DNA of 64,000 bases, taken from positions 62,001 to 126,000 of the forward strand of contig JALDZX010000042.1 in NCBI GenBank assembly GCA_022813865.1, given 5' to 3'. This stretch comes from Xylographa opegraphella (lineage: Eukaryota). The translations under genes were made by a program, and so were the position numbers. The notes beneath the pieces are model-generated. The model was not told the DNA's origin and searched no databases. It was given only the letters and a program-made list of their open reading frames with translations. Within the stretch, counting starts at the first letter, position 1. Every line of letters starts with the position of its first letter. Of this stretch, positions 1 to 12,989 are shown in pieces.

Positions 1-764
1 ATTATGCAGAATCCTTTGAGATGTAGCTCGCTTTACCAACTTGTTACGGGGCGTCACGGGCGCCGCGTTCGAGGGCATGATCGGCGTACTTGACGCATTG
101 GAGAAGGAGAGCGACGGTGTCCCGGGCCTGGACGTAGACCACAGGCTTTCTGTGTGGAGGGACGACATTGTTGACATCCGTCTTAACCACGAGGACCTCA
201 CCGTGCTTGCTCCAGCCTTTGTCCGCGGTGTTGAGACTGCCTGATTCCCAGACGGATCTTCTCTTCGATCAAACACCGAGACTCTCCAGTCCTCCCGATC
301 GACCGAATCAACGCCACCAAGCCCGTCCTTTGCCCGCTGGGCAGTATTGGTCGGGAACGACGAGGATTGTGGACGACGTAGGACGTTGGGCTTTGAAAGG
401 CGGGTTGTCGGTGCTGATACGGCCTGGCCGCTGTCCCCTGGTGTTGCGGGAGGAGCAAAGATTTGGCTGAAACGATCGCTAACTTTGTCCACCACCTGCC
501 TCCTTCTCGAGCGAGGTCGGGACTCTGCGGTTGGGAGACGGCCGAACGCGAACCCGAGAGCAGCTACGCCGACAGTACTTGTTGCACATAACTAGTTGTA
601 GAGAAAAACGGCGTGTTAGCGAGGAGAGACAGAGTGTTCAAGCGTCCAATGGTACATCATGTGATTCCAAACACCATTCAGGCTTCAGGATGTAGAAGGG
701 GACATGCTTGGAAGGATCGGGTGAACGTCAGGGTCGGTGCACTCACCGTTGGTACTGCGTCCAT
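1..764 (-). CDS. Hypothetical Ser/Pro/Arg-rich protein, 5' part only (runs off the window edge)
   Basis: Exon 1 764-747 (MDAVPT), intron GTGAGT(746)..CTAAC..TAG(592), then an uninterrupted frame 591-1 (LCATSTVGVAALGFAFG...SSWLRRMSTMSS...PRNKLVKRATSQR). It is missing from the ORF track because no stop lies inside the window. Confidence 0.75.
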
Positions 765-1341
765 AGAGATCTAAGCTCACCAGCCAGCGCCAGCACTCAG
801 CTCTCAGCGCATCTGAGCGCGGGTACGGACGTTCCAGTCGTTTCTAGGTTCCGGACTCATCGAATAGGCCGAGGGTCAAGCACCTTGCTCACCATTCAAT
901 CCGACGAAGCGTGCGACGTGCAGGGGGAAGGATTCAATGGTCAGCTGTGTGGGCTATGGGGTGAGAAGGCCGTCCGGTACAACAACAGAAAAACAACACG
1001 GCCACCACAGTCCAGCGAGAATTGATGGAGGAGAAGATTATTGAAAAGACAGCTGTGTGGACTGCTTTGCGTAGAGGATTGAAAGGTTGAGATCTTGTCG
1101 GGGGTCAGGAACCGCGTTGTTACCGTACCACAGGATTAGGTGGTTTAGGTGGTGTTAGTGGACCAATGGGAGGCGGCTCGGCAGCTTTCGAGCCACGGGC
1201 CACCGCCAGCCAAGTTCGAAATTGCCTAACTTTAGCGGGCCAAACAGTCGAGGCGCGGAGCACGCTACGCATAACTCCCTTACGCAATTCCTCTCGACGG
1301 GCAACAGGCCGGGCCTCGAAAGGGCAGAGCGTGGGAGCAAA

Positions 1342-1399
1342 TACTACTACTACTATTACTACTAGACTACAGGTAAGGTAAGGTAAAAGGTAGGTAGGT
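1342..1399. repeat. (TAC)n short repeat followed by an AGGTA/AAGGTA array
   Basis: tactactactactattactact at 1342-1363, then aggtaaggtaaggtaaaaggtaggtaggt at 1371-1399. Confidence 0.8.
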
Positions 1400-4352
1400 C
1401 AGCTCGGTGTTTGGCGATACGATTTGATGCACAGCTCTCAAACGCGCTCCCGGCTGCTTCCCTACAGCTGATTGCGGGGCCTGTAGGACCTACGTGACTA
1501 CGTCGAAGCAATGCGGTACAACTCCAGGCCCCCAGGCCGCTTGCAGTCGCCTACGTACGCGGTCAGCTTGTGCTTTCGGAAGGTCAATAGCAGCTGCGGC
1601 AAAGGGGTCCTTCCTTCGGCGGAAGCGAAAGGGCAGAAGCAGCGAAGATCAACAGATAGATAGCGGAAAGGTGCGAAGGTGCGAGGTGCGAGTTGCGAGG
1701 GCTACCGACTAAAACTGCGTCCGGAGCCTGTTGCTGGTAGCAAACTTGCCCACTTCCCAGATTTTCCAGGCTACGTGCGCCCACCCCCTCACAGCCCAGC
1801 TGGAGGGAGCGAAACTTTGATGCTTGATTAGGCCGTTGAAGCGCAAAGGTTGGAAGCTTCTGTAGGCACACGCTAGGTGGGGAAGACACATGCCTTGACT
1901 GTTGAAGCTGCCGGTGTCGATATCTCTCAGTCATGGGCTTCTGCTCTACGGTCCGGCGGCTGGCGTCTTGCGGTGCCAGTCACGGGCGACGAGCTCTGTC
2001 CAGTAAGTCAGCAGCTCCTCCAGCAGCTGCGGCAAAGAGGTGGAGGACAGCGACGGATTTGCCCCACGGTGGCCAATGATGCCCGTCTGACTGCCCGGCC
2101 TTGTCGCTGGAGTGGTAGGTAACTTGTCGTAAGGCATGTTCCCGGCAGAGGAGGGACAACGAAGCGTCACTTGGAACGGCCGTGTACGAGCCAGCACAGC
2201 CGAGCCGTCCAATCACACGGCGTGGTCGCCGTGTTTCCTTCAGCCGTGGGGCCAAGAGGACCAGGTGTAGGGGAGTTCGAAATGCATGCATGGCATCGCT
2301 TGCGAGGGCATGTTGGTCTCAGCAGGCAGGAGAGTGTCTTAGGCCGCGGGACGTATCATTAGCACGGCAAATAATGCGCAGAGGCCATACGAAGTACCTC
2401 GACCGAGAATGTCGACGTGGGTCGGCTTGGTAGTCAAGGTACTGAAGGCAAGTAAGGTAAGGTAAGTATAAGTAAAGACCCTCTCCGGAGTTCCGGAATG
2501 GGGGGGCGGGGTTTCGAATCATCTCTCTGACGGGGCGGGCTTGTCATGTCACTGTAGGGCGTTGAGGACTACGGAGTACGGTAAGGTGTATAGGTTGCTT
2601 GAGCCGGTGTCTGTGGCCGGTGATGGCGGCTCACGAAAAGGTTGGGTGGTGCCCCGGCGGGATTCAGCGGTCAATCAGAGATGAGGATAGAAATCCCAAA
2701 CAGCGATGCAACCACCAGGCAAAGGCCCCTTAATCACCTCTTACCAGGTTCTCTCGACACCCATCGCCCCCGTCTAAATACAGGCACCGACCCCTGCCAA
2801 TGATCGCCCGCGCCTGGATACCTTGCACCTGGCCAAAGCGAGAGCTTCCGTTTGGTGCAAGCCCCCCATTCGTGCTTTTCGTCGTGTGTCACGATGCACG
2901 AATCACGAACCACCCACCCTTCTACGATCTATTTATTCAGCTCGGTAGATCCTATTCAATCCTTCCAGTTCCCTATCACTTTCAACCCCGTGTGAGGAGC
3001 ATGCTTCTGTCGTATCTCCCGTACCACTTGCACCTCGCCTATCACCATCCAGGGCTTCCTGATGGAATGGTGGTGATGGCACGAAGGGCGACCATGCACG
3101 TCATCGGCGACATTTTGTTTCTCGACCGTGCATTGCCACATGGCAGTTGAACTGCATAGGTAAGGTAGGTACCTAAGGTAAGTAGGAAACTGGATGCTGC
3201 ATCGCTTCAACGCATCCCGTATGCGTGCCTCGATCTGACTCCGGCACAAGATCGTCGTCGCCGTCATTGGCTGGCTTCTCAGCCTCTTCCACCGGCCTGT
3301 GTGAGCGTCTTCACGCAAGGATCCGTCGGCGTCAGCACCGTCATGGGAGGAAGCCCACTTCTGTTGGTCGACTCTAGTGCTGGGATATGGGAAGAAGCCT
3401 GTCGACAAGCCAGCCAAGGAGAGTACCGTTGGATCGCATGGCTCAATAGAGTCATGTCCCTCACTTGATTCTGCCGAATTCAGACCAACCATCATCCTTC
3501 ACGGCCGTGTCTTTCGGGGACTCAACTGCTCCATACATGGCTGATCTCGGTCCCGTCATACATTCGTGCCATCGTGCGTGCCATATGGATCGCTCTGACG
3601 CCATCAGCAGTGCTTCGACTTGACCTCGAAAGCTATTTGCAGTTCTTCTCCACGCCTTGCATCTCCCTCGGCTCCTCAGATCCAAAAATCGATGTTGGGA
3701 TCGAATGAGATCTCGAAATCGACCGTCATGGACTTGAACAGCCTCCGTGTTCATGCACAACCGAGGTATGTAGGTGTTACGGATGGAGATCACGACGTAG
3801 AGTCAGGGTTCCGCTCTGATCTTTGCCTCTGCCTGTGCAACAAGAACCCAAGTGTGTTGCCCGATTGAGACTTGGTTAATATGTCTCTCACGTGCATACT
3901 CTGCAGTGAGTGGATTGACCCGTGAGTGTACTATTTTATATAGTCTTGGATGGTGGGTTGGCGTCTACACCAGGGTAGTGATCTCTACTCTAGAAAGCCA
4001 TATTACAATTTACAAAACCGTGGTGTCGAACTAGGATACAGGAGAGTTTGCAGCATACCTGTATAGATCTGCAAAATACTGTGCGAATGATGTAGAACAT
4101 CTGTCAATCAAGCCCCGCTAAGCGAGTAGTCACATGTGCTTGAGATTTTGATACGCAACGCTTGACAAGAACGGTACTCTCTACTACGAGTAGCAGGTTC
4201 TGGTATACCGACGTCCTCATCTAGTTCCTTGCGTAACAAAGGAGCTGATGTCGGGATCCTCGACTGTAGCTTTATAATCGTAAAATCCGTGCTTTGTTGA
4301 TTATTTGCATCAAGTTTTTCATTTGCGCCACTTTCGGACATAGGCCTCCACT

Positions 4353-6946
4353 ATGGAGGCGGAAATCAGGGCGCAGATCCCAGGCATCGACCAGATCATC
4401 TCAGAGTACTCTGCCGTAAGTTTCCGTGAATGGCTATGCCATGAGTGCTGCCTGTACATGCAACTGTACTGAAATTTTGAAGGGCTACCTGACCCATGCG
4501 GCAAATCAATATATTCCTGAATCGGACCCTAATGCCCAATCTCCGCTTTCAGAGGCGGCGGAGACTATCACTGCTCTCCTAGTCAGTGCGTCCGGAGATA
4601 TTTCCGATCAAAACACGACTTTGATTCGTAACCTGGTGGATAAGTTCATCACCAAGCTGAGTGCCTCCAATGGCGTCGATGGCGAAAGAAAGCAGATGTT
4701 GTCAAGTGCCAGGAAGCTTGATCACACCATTCATGTCGGCTCCCAGCGTAATCTGTCCTCCACGCTTGGCCTGGCCGGTGGAGGGGTGGATCTTGAATCG
4801 GCCAACTCCAGGAAAGTGGAGTCACGCGTGGACAAAAAGAAGTTGGAAAAGGCCGAACGGAAGATTCGAGAGAAACAGGATCGGAAAGTGATGAAAAACG
4901 TCGAGTATGAGGCATCGAGGCTTCTCGATCAGCCAGATGATGCCCAGTCGTATGAAGAATTCTTCATGCAGGTCAACCCCTTACAACTAGGCGCCGATCA
5001 GACATCGAAGAGCAAAGACATCAAAGTAGATGGAGTGGATGTTTCCATCGGCGGCAAACGAATCCTGACGGATACCACGCTTACTCTAGCCTACGGACGT
5101 CGTTATGGACTTGTGGGCCAGAATGGTATCGGAAAGAGTACTTTGTTGCGAGCTCTTAGTCGCAGAGAATTGGCTATTCCTACCCATATTTCTATTCTAC
5201 ACGTGGAGCAAGAGGTACATGAAGACTACATCATCGTATATTGGTACGGGAACTGACGAGAACAGATTACCGGCGACGACACCCCTGCATTGCAAGCAGT
5301 CCTTGACGCAGACGTTTGGCGGAAGCATCTACTGGCCGAGCAAGAGGTACGTGAACTCTCCAATGCCTCTCCATAGTTGCTGACGACTTCTAGAAAATAT
5401 CCAAACAGCTTACACAGATGGAAGCGGAGCGCTCAACCATGGCAGACACGTCCAAGGAAGCGGAGAAACTTGACAAGGAGCGTGAAGGGCTTGATACCAC
5501 CTTGAGTGATATCCATGCTAAGTTATCTGAGATGGAGTCTGACAAGGCCGAATCGCGGGCTGCAAGTATTCTTGCCGGGCTTGGATTTTCGGAAGAACGC
5601 CAGCATTTTGCTACGAAGACGTTCTCTGGAGGTTGGAGAATGAGACTCGCGCTTGCTAGAGCACTATTCTGCGAGCCTGATCTTTTGCTACTGGATGGTA
5701 TGGCATACATTGATAAGCCCCCAGAGATAATGGTTATCGTCAGCTAACGCACCAAAGAACCTTCTAACATGTTGGACGTTCCATCCATCACTTTCCTTTC
5801 GAACTACCTTCAAACATATCCCAGCACATTACTCGTTGTTTCTCACGACCGAGCATTCCTGAACGAAGTTGCCATGGATATCATACACCAACACTCCGAA
5901 CGTCTTGATTACTACAAAGGCGCCAACTTCGGTAAGTGATATCCGAGCAATTCTTGACATGACAGAAGGCTCATGGGGATAGATTCCTTCTACAGCACCA
6001 AAGAGGAGCGAAGGAAGACCGCAAAACGGGAGTACGAGAACCAAATGGTACAACGAGCCCACTTGCAGACCTTTATTGACAAGTTCCGCTACAACGCAGC
6101 AAAATCATCAGAAGCACAATCACGGATCAAGAAACTCGAGAAAATGCCCGTTCTCGAACCACCCGAAAGTGATTATGTCGTGCATTTCAAGTTCCCTGAC
6201 GTAGAGAAATTATCCCCTCCCATCATTCAAATGAGTGGTGTGACTTTCGGTTATTCACCTGAACGAACCCTCCTCCGAAACGTGGACCTTGATGTGCAAT
6301 TGGACTCCCGAATTGGTATAGTCGGACCGAACGGTGCTGGTAAGACTACGGTCTTGAAGCTGTTGATTGGTGCATTGCAACCGACGTCAGGCCTCATATC
6401 CCAGAACCCGCGATTGCGAGTCGGCTATTTCGCCCAGCACCACGTCGATGCCCTGGACATGAACGCCAGTGCTGTTGGTTTCATGGCCAAGAACTATCCA
6501 GGAAAGCAAGATGAGGAGTATCGACGGCATCTCGGAGCGTAAGATGTCTTTTCGACCTTCTCCCTGATTATTCACTGACTCGTTTCAATAGATTCGGTAT
6601 AACTGGAATGACGGGTCTACAAAAGATGGAGCTCTTGTCCGGAGGACAGAAGTCGCGTGTGGCATTTGCGTGCCTCTCCTTGACCAATCCGCACATCCTA
6701 GTCCTTGACGAACCTTCCAATCATCTTGATATCGAAGCCATGGACGCCTTGTCCTTGGCCCTTCGAAATTTCCAAGGAGGTGTCTTGATGGTTTCTCACG
6801 ACGTTACTATGCTGCAGACGGTCTGCCACAGCTTGTGGGTCTGCGATAACGGAACGGTGGAGAAATTCCCGGGCGATGTGAAGGCTTACAAGAAGAGGAT
6901 TACTGCGCAAGCTAATGAGGCCGGAGTGGTACAGAAGCAGATGTAG
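4353..6946 (+). CDS. GCN20: ABCF-family ATPase Gcn20 (ABCF3 ortholog), 7 exons
   Basis: Starts MEAEIRAQIPGIDQIISEYSA, with intron 4416-4482. Two ABC domains (GQNGIGKST, FSGGWRMR, LLLDEPSN; GPNGAGKTT, LSGGQKSR, LVLDEPSNHLD), no TM segments, and the Gcn20-type N-terminal extension. Confidence 0.93.
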
Positions 6947-7676
6947 GCTCTGGAAAATTGTATATAAATGTTGTGTGTGCAGTATTAGAGATGATCGACA
7001 TTAGAGCCACGCCCAGCGAAAATTTTTGCCAGATATAAATGTCACTGCATTGAAATCGATGATTGGCTGAATTCGAAGTCCTGGTGTATATCATTGTAAC
7101 TCATTATGAGATACCCAGGACAATTACCACCGGTGGATAATTGACAAAATTATTGTGAATAAGTGAGGTCAATAGGAATAGTGCGATAATTCGAAAGTGA
7201 ATATTGTGTTGTTCGTGAATGAGCAATGATAGCTGCTCGAGGCATTATGCTCTTTAGTACGAGCGACGGGAATTGATTCTCAACTCATTTGGTAATCTTT
7301 CATTGCATCCTGACTGTGCGAGTCTCGTTCTACCTTCGCCTCTCACACAGTTTCAAGAATGCTGGTGAAATATCGATGCTGGTAACTTGAAGCACGACAA
7401 TCCGTACTATAGTCTAGGCCACGCTAAGCCAGGATCCGACTTGGCGCGAACCTTTGATCCCAGCTGGAGCGACGACGCGAAAATCCCATCTAACAATTTG
7501 TTAGTTTATCAGGCACGTAATAGTCCACCAACTTGCTTTTGGGCTCGACAACAACTCCGAGCACTTACAGTCTACACTGGGGCGATACTGCCAAATTTGC
7601 TGTGCTTTGCCAACGTCTCAATACCTCACCGTTGCCACGACACTGCCTCGTCGCTCCGAAGGGGAGCCTCATCAAG

Positions 7677-10490
7677 ATGGTGACACGAAAGCGTGGAAGG
7701 GCGGAGATGGAGTCTACTGAGGTTGTTCAAGAGATCGGGCTTCTCGTTCGTTTGCGCAATATGTGGGAGTTTGCAAATATCATGCAGTACATCTTCATCT
7801 TTGGCAAGGCTGTCAAGATTGACGAGGACTTCGATAACGAGGTACCTACTCCTCGTCCCCTGTGTCATCCTGCGGCGTCGGAATCTTTAAGCTGCCATAT
7901 GTCTACGAACGAGCTGACCAACATTCAGGACTTGGAAGCGGAATGTCTCAAGCCAGGACCATCGGACAAGCTCGCCGAGATCGGTCTCTGCTTGCTCAAG
8001 TTCGTCTCGTCGCATCGTGGGTTGACGTGAGTACATACATTATCGAGGACCTCTAACAGGCTCTGACGTATCCGTAACAGTCCAGAGCTCTTCGATGAAT
8101 ATACACGTCGCCAATACGTAGCCAAGGCACCCTCGCGTAATCCCTTTGGAACTGACGAAGTGCCTAACAAGTTCGCCGAATTTGACATTTTCACCAAACT
8201 CAGAGTCTTGGTTCAGCTCTCGCAATGGACACTTATCAATGCGGACCGTATGAGGGAGAAGATGTCCGACACTAAAGACGTGGACCAGACACAATGGGTT
8301 CGTCCTTCATGGTGACACCTGGGGGGCAATCTCGCTAATTAAACACGAACAGAGAATTGAGGAGCTTGGTTACGATAGACAAGAACGCCTTTATTTCGTC
8401 TTGGACGACAACAGACTCTACCGACGAACAGATCCTTCAATTCCCGAACCCCCTACCCCTACCCCTAAGCCTAAAGCTAAGCCTAAGCCCAAATCCAAAG
8501 CCGGCAAAGCTGCTGCTCGAGCTAGTAAGAGAAGGAAAACAACAGAAGCCGATGAAGTAAAGGGCGTCGAGGATGATCCGGAGGCTGACACAGAGACCAA
8601 GGAGGCAGAGCCGACGGAGGTAGATGACGGCTTTGGTGGTCGGAAATGGGAATGCCTCGCTGTTACCTTGACGGATTATGAAACGTTCCTTGAAGGTATT
8701 CAAAAGAGTAGAGATCCGGACGAAAAAGCTCTTTACAGTCGACTGACAAAGGAAGTCATGCCTGTGATAGAAAAGATGGAGGAGGACCGCCAAAAGAAGA
8801 TTGCTCGAAGGCAGAAGGAATTGATGAATTTGGAGAAGCTGGCAACCGCAAAGAGGTCCAGCAGGCTTGCTAGCAAGCAAGAACGGGAACGTGAAGAGCA
8901 AGAAATTCTGGCGGCGGAGCGGAAAAGGCAAGCCGACCTGATCGAAGCGAAGAGAGATGCCGAGCGTCAGAAGCAGATGGATGAGGCACGAGAGTCCCGG
9001 ATGATGACACGCGAACAGAGATTGAAGGAGCGGGAATATAAACGCTTGCTTCATGAAGAAGAATTGGCAAATTTGTCAGAAGACAACAAAAAGTTGGAGG
9101 CTGGTGAAGCTAGGATGTCCGAAAGACATCTGAAGGCAGAGATGGAGAAGAAAAAGAGGGAATTGGAGAAATTGGCTCAGGACGACGAATGGATCTTCGA
9201 TTGCTCGGTTTGTGGGGTTCATGGCGAAAACATTGTAGTCCTCACCCAGAGCGATCAACAAGCTATCTGGCTAACCTGTTCTAGGACGACGGATCTCACA
9301 GTGTGGCTTGCGAGGAATGCAATGTCTGGCAGCATAGTTCTTGTCTTGGTATTTCCCAAGCCGACGCCGAGAAAGAAGACTTCCATTTCATTTGTAATGA
9401 CTGCAAACGGAAAAGAGAGGATGCTAAAAAGCCCAAGATCCCTCCCCTGAAGTTCAAAGTTGGGTCATCATCCTCCCCACCTTCGGACAAATCGATCTTG
9501 TACGTCAATGGGGACAATCAATCTACGAAACGAAAGCTAAGCGAGTCTGAACATGACCCAACTCGTATGCCTCCTAGCAAGATGTTCAAGCCGTACTTCG
9601 CTCCAGCAACTGGCAAGATTGGGCAGAATTCCAACGTGGAGCATCCTACCAAATCAGAACAAATGCATCAATCGTTCATGAATGGTCCAACTTTAGCTCC
9701 TCAGGGTCAACTACCTTCCCCACAAGGCACGAATGGTTATCACGTTCCACCACCTGGCCTTGTTTCACCTGTTCGACCTGGATCTTACGGTAGTAACGTT
9801 CATCAAAACCGTCTACCGACAAGTTCACCTCCATATCAGCCGCAATCATCGCTCGCAAATGGCACAAGACTGAGTAGTGCGGGCTTCTCAGGGGCAGTTC
9901 GTCCTAATGGGTATCACACAGCTTTGTCTCCGCAATATTCACAACACGAGAAACACCAGCCATCCTCCTCCACTGGATATCAAGACCCATTTCATAACTC
10001 TTTCGAGCGGCAACATCCAGTATCATCTCAGTTGGCCAGCGATATCGTTTCGCCCCGCAAAGATCGTTCTTCCATTGTACTGGCTCAGGAAAAAAGCGAT
10101 GTTGGTCCGCTCTCCCTTTCGCCCTCTGCATCTGAAGCCCTCAACGGGACTGGGCTACCACACTACCGACCAGCGTCCGCGACACATCCATCGGCTTACT
10201 CCCCCCAGAAGGCACATTATTCACCTGCGCCAGCCACTCCATTCACCTCCTCTTCTAGTCCTTTGATTCCACCACTAATTTCTCAGTCCAATATGGCTAT
10301 GTCGGGTCTTTCGCCTTCCAAGAACAGCCCACCTAGGCCACCTCCGGACCATGGAGTGTCCAGGACTCCAATCATGCCTCCGGCGGCTCATCTCTTCCCC
10401 AGTCCGCAGCCACAAAACTTGCATGCTCCGGTCAAGGGTATGACCCCCGAGCAAACCAAAATGGCGAATGGGCCGGTCAAAGGAGAGTAA
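7677..10490 (+). CDS. DDT/WHIM plus PHD-finger chromatin protein (RSF1/Ioc-like ISWI accessory subunit), 5 exons
   Basis: LRNMWEFANIMQYIFIF (DDT-like), FDIFTKLRVLVQLSQW (WHIM1-like), LGYDRQERLYFVLDDNRLY and WECLAVTL (WHIM2/3-like), a coiled coil, an intron-split PHD finger (CSVC..CEECNVWQHSSC..CNDC) and a Pro/Ser-rich tail. Confidence 0.85.
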
Positions 10491-11529
10491 AGCATGCTTA
10501 CGACGACTTCACTGGTCAGAATCGTCAGACCGCTCGTGAATTTTTTCTGCCATAGCTCTCTGATGGTACTTTGCCTTGATTCGCAACTGCATAGCATGGA
10601 AGTTTTTGTGGAACATATCTACGAAAGTATCATGTCATTTCTTCGGCCAATATAAGGGTTTCGAGAGCAGTATGGAGCCTCTCACGCGTTCGGAGTCTGG
10701 CATTATGAGGAATTACGGATGGTGCACACGCGGCGAATGGAGACAGTGCATCAGGAGTCTAACCTTCGATGCGACCCACGCATAGAGTACGATCTAACAC
10801 ATAGACACCGCTGTATCTTAGCAATTGAGAAAAGTGAGCCATTGACGAGTGTCGTATAATAATATTCTATGATCATGACGATTCTGGGCGTCAAGTAGAG
10901 AGCTCGACCCTAGATCCAATTCGCACAAGCGCGCGTTATCCTGAGAACCCGGCCTCCCACAAGTCAGAAGCCGAGCCACGACAAAACTCCTGATGGATAC
11001 CACCTCACTGCCGACAGACCAACTTGTCGTAGATGTAGTCTGCTATGGGGGGCTTCATAGGGATAGCTACCTCCTCGTACCTTGTGCCCTGGTCGAACAT
11101 CTTGTGTCATCGCATCACTTTGACCGTACCACGAGTCATTTCCCTACAACACAGTTTCTTTGCAGCAGACCACGCAAAAGAGCACGACCGTGTTCTCTAC
11201 TTGCGTTGTCCACTCTGTCCTCGATCTGATAACAATATGATCTGTATGGAAGTTTCTGATGTCAGACCTCTTTTGTTCTTGCCTGTGTTCGTCTCTATCG
11301 TTCTCGTCGCGTCCTACTGAGGAAGCTTCACCATCGAGTCAAGTACGAAATACCATACGTCGTCCAGCCTCCTTGGTATCGATTTAATTGTACTCTCTTG
11401 AGAGTCTTACTTGTGCATCCAGCCGTTTGGTATTGGGTTTTTGCATCGTTGTAGTGACCGCAATCCGGACAACCATCCGTGTCGAGCAGAATGTTGATGA
11501 TGAGATATGGCTGGCTCGTTTCCACATCA

Positions 11530-12171
11530 TTAACATATAACACATGGGTTTTGCTTATGTCCGGTCTTGTCTTGTCGTAGTTTGAGAATTGCAATCTCAA
11601 CTATCACCAGCTCTGCGCCCTCACCTCCGTACCAAGCCCATAGTTGAGCCCCTCCCCTCATCTCCTGGTGGACACAATTTATGTAGATTTGTCTGATCGC
11701 ATCTTGGACTCCCAACTCCCATATGCTTTTGATGACGCTTTTGGGGAGACCGACCGTGGGAGCTATTCTTAATTCACATAGGTGGCCTTTGATCCGCCAG
11801 ACGGTACCTCCATTAACCAGATTGGTTTCCTGGAATTGTTCTGGAAGTTGGCCATCACCCCTGACATGCGTGAACATTGTGCCGACATCGATCGAGAACA
11901 TGGCATCCGGTTCCTGTTCGACGCAAACGACTCCGCCAAACTTCACAAAAACTTGGCCTGGACCATGATATGTCGCTGGACGCTGTAATGTCAACGATGA
12001 TCGACCTGGTGGTTGACCTGTGGAGGTTGGAATAGCTATACCCTCCTCTACGTTCCATGCTGACGAGGTTTCAACCCTTGAGGGTTGAATTGACGAGGTT
12101 AGAATTGACGATGTATGCTGGCAAAACACCGTGAGGAAGACTAGCCATACGTGGAGCCTTCGGGGACTCAT
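11530..12171 (-). CDS. Secreted protein of unknown function (213 aa), possible KP4/Ecp2-like fold
   Basis: Intronless ORF with a signal peptide (MSPRRLHVWLVFLTVFCQHTSS) and the C-terminal pattern CELRI...AIRQIYINCVHQEMRGGAQLW. Confidence 0.7.
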   Translation of the reverse strand: MSPRRLHVWLVFLTVFCQHTSSILTSSIQPSRVETSSAWNVEEGIAIPTSTGQPPGRSSLTLQRPATYHGPGQVFVKFGGVVCVEQEPDAMFSIDVGTMFTHVRGDGQLPEQFQETNLVNGGTVWRIKGHLCELRIAPTVGLPKSVIKSIWELGVQDAIRQIYINCVHQEMRGGAQLWAWYGGEGAELVIVEIAILKLRQDKTGHKQNPCVIC

Positions 12172-12989
12172 TTGTCATCTCATGTATCGAATAAAATCAT
12201 TCCATCAGTGTTTGTTCATTTTACGTAACGAAGTGGTCTGTTATCACACCTGTGGACGTCCTTGTTTGGAGCCTAAATAGAACGACATCGTGCTTTGACC
12301 ACCGAAAGTGTTCACAAGGAAATTCTGTGCTAACCGGTTTGTTGTTTGTTCGGAAATAGTTTCGTGTTCAAGCGCGTTTCCAATATTTGCACAAGGAGCA
12401 TTGGGCACAGATATTTAAAGATTCGTTATAGCCGACAACGTCATGAAACACTCTCATAGGCGACCTGCCCGCTCGTGGCCACTACGAAGAATCGACATCG
12501 TCGCGTGTGCCTATCCACTATACTGAGTCGTCCTGGTCAGTAGACTCCTATCTGCCAGAATCGGAGTAGTATACATGCATCTCGACAATCGCAAAGAATC
12601 TCAGCCAAATGATAACAATACATTTGTGATTCTGAATTTCAATTGCCTGAGAACAAGATGACCAGCTCGAACGACCGAAGGATCATTCATCGACTCATTA
12701 CGTCGAAGCTCAGGGTCAGTCAACTGGATCGGCTGCGCCCCAAGGCTTCTGTGTCATTCGAGAAGTATCCACCGGCAGGCTACGTGTCAAAAAATCATCA
12801 CTCTACGGAAAAAAAACTTGTGATCCGGAAGCCAATACTCAGCCGGATCCAACTGATATCATGAGGCTGGAGTTGTGGACACAGTCAATGTCTCTCGGCT
12901 ATATCGGCTAGCATGGCATTGATAACGTTCGCAGGATCCCTCCTGGGACCCCACATTCTCTTAAGATATATCAGTGATCTGCGTGGAAC

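Noticed and set aside
2956..3868. ORFs of 80-180 aa in the intergenic region before GCN20
   Set aside because: No recognisable domain, codon bias or consistent splice model.
8451..8500. Telomere-like cccta/cctaa repeats
   Set aside because: They encode the PTPTPKPKAKPKPK linker inside the PHD gene and are not TTAGGG arrays.
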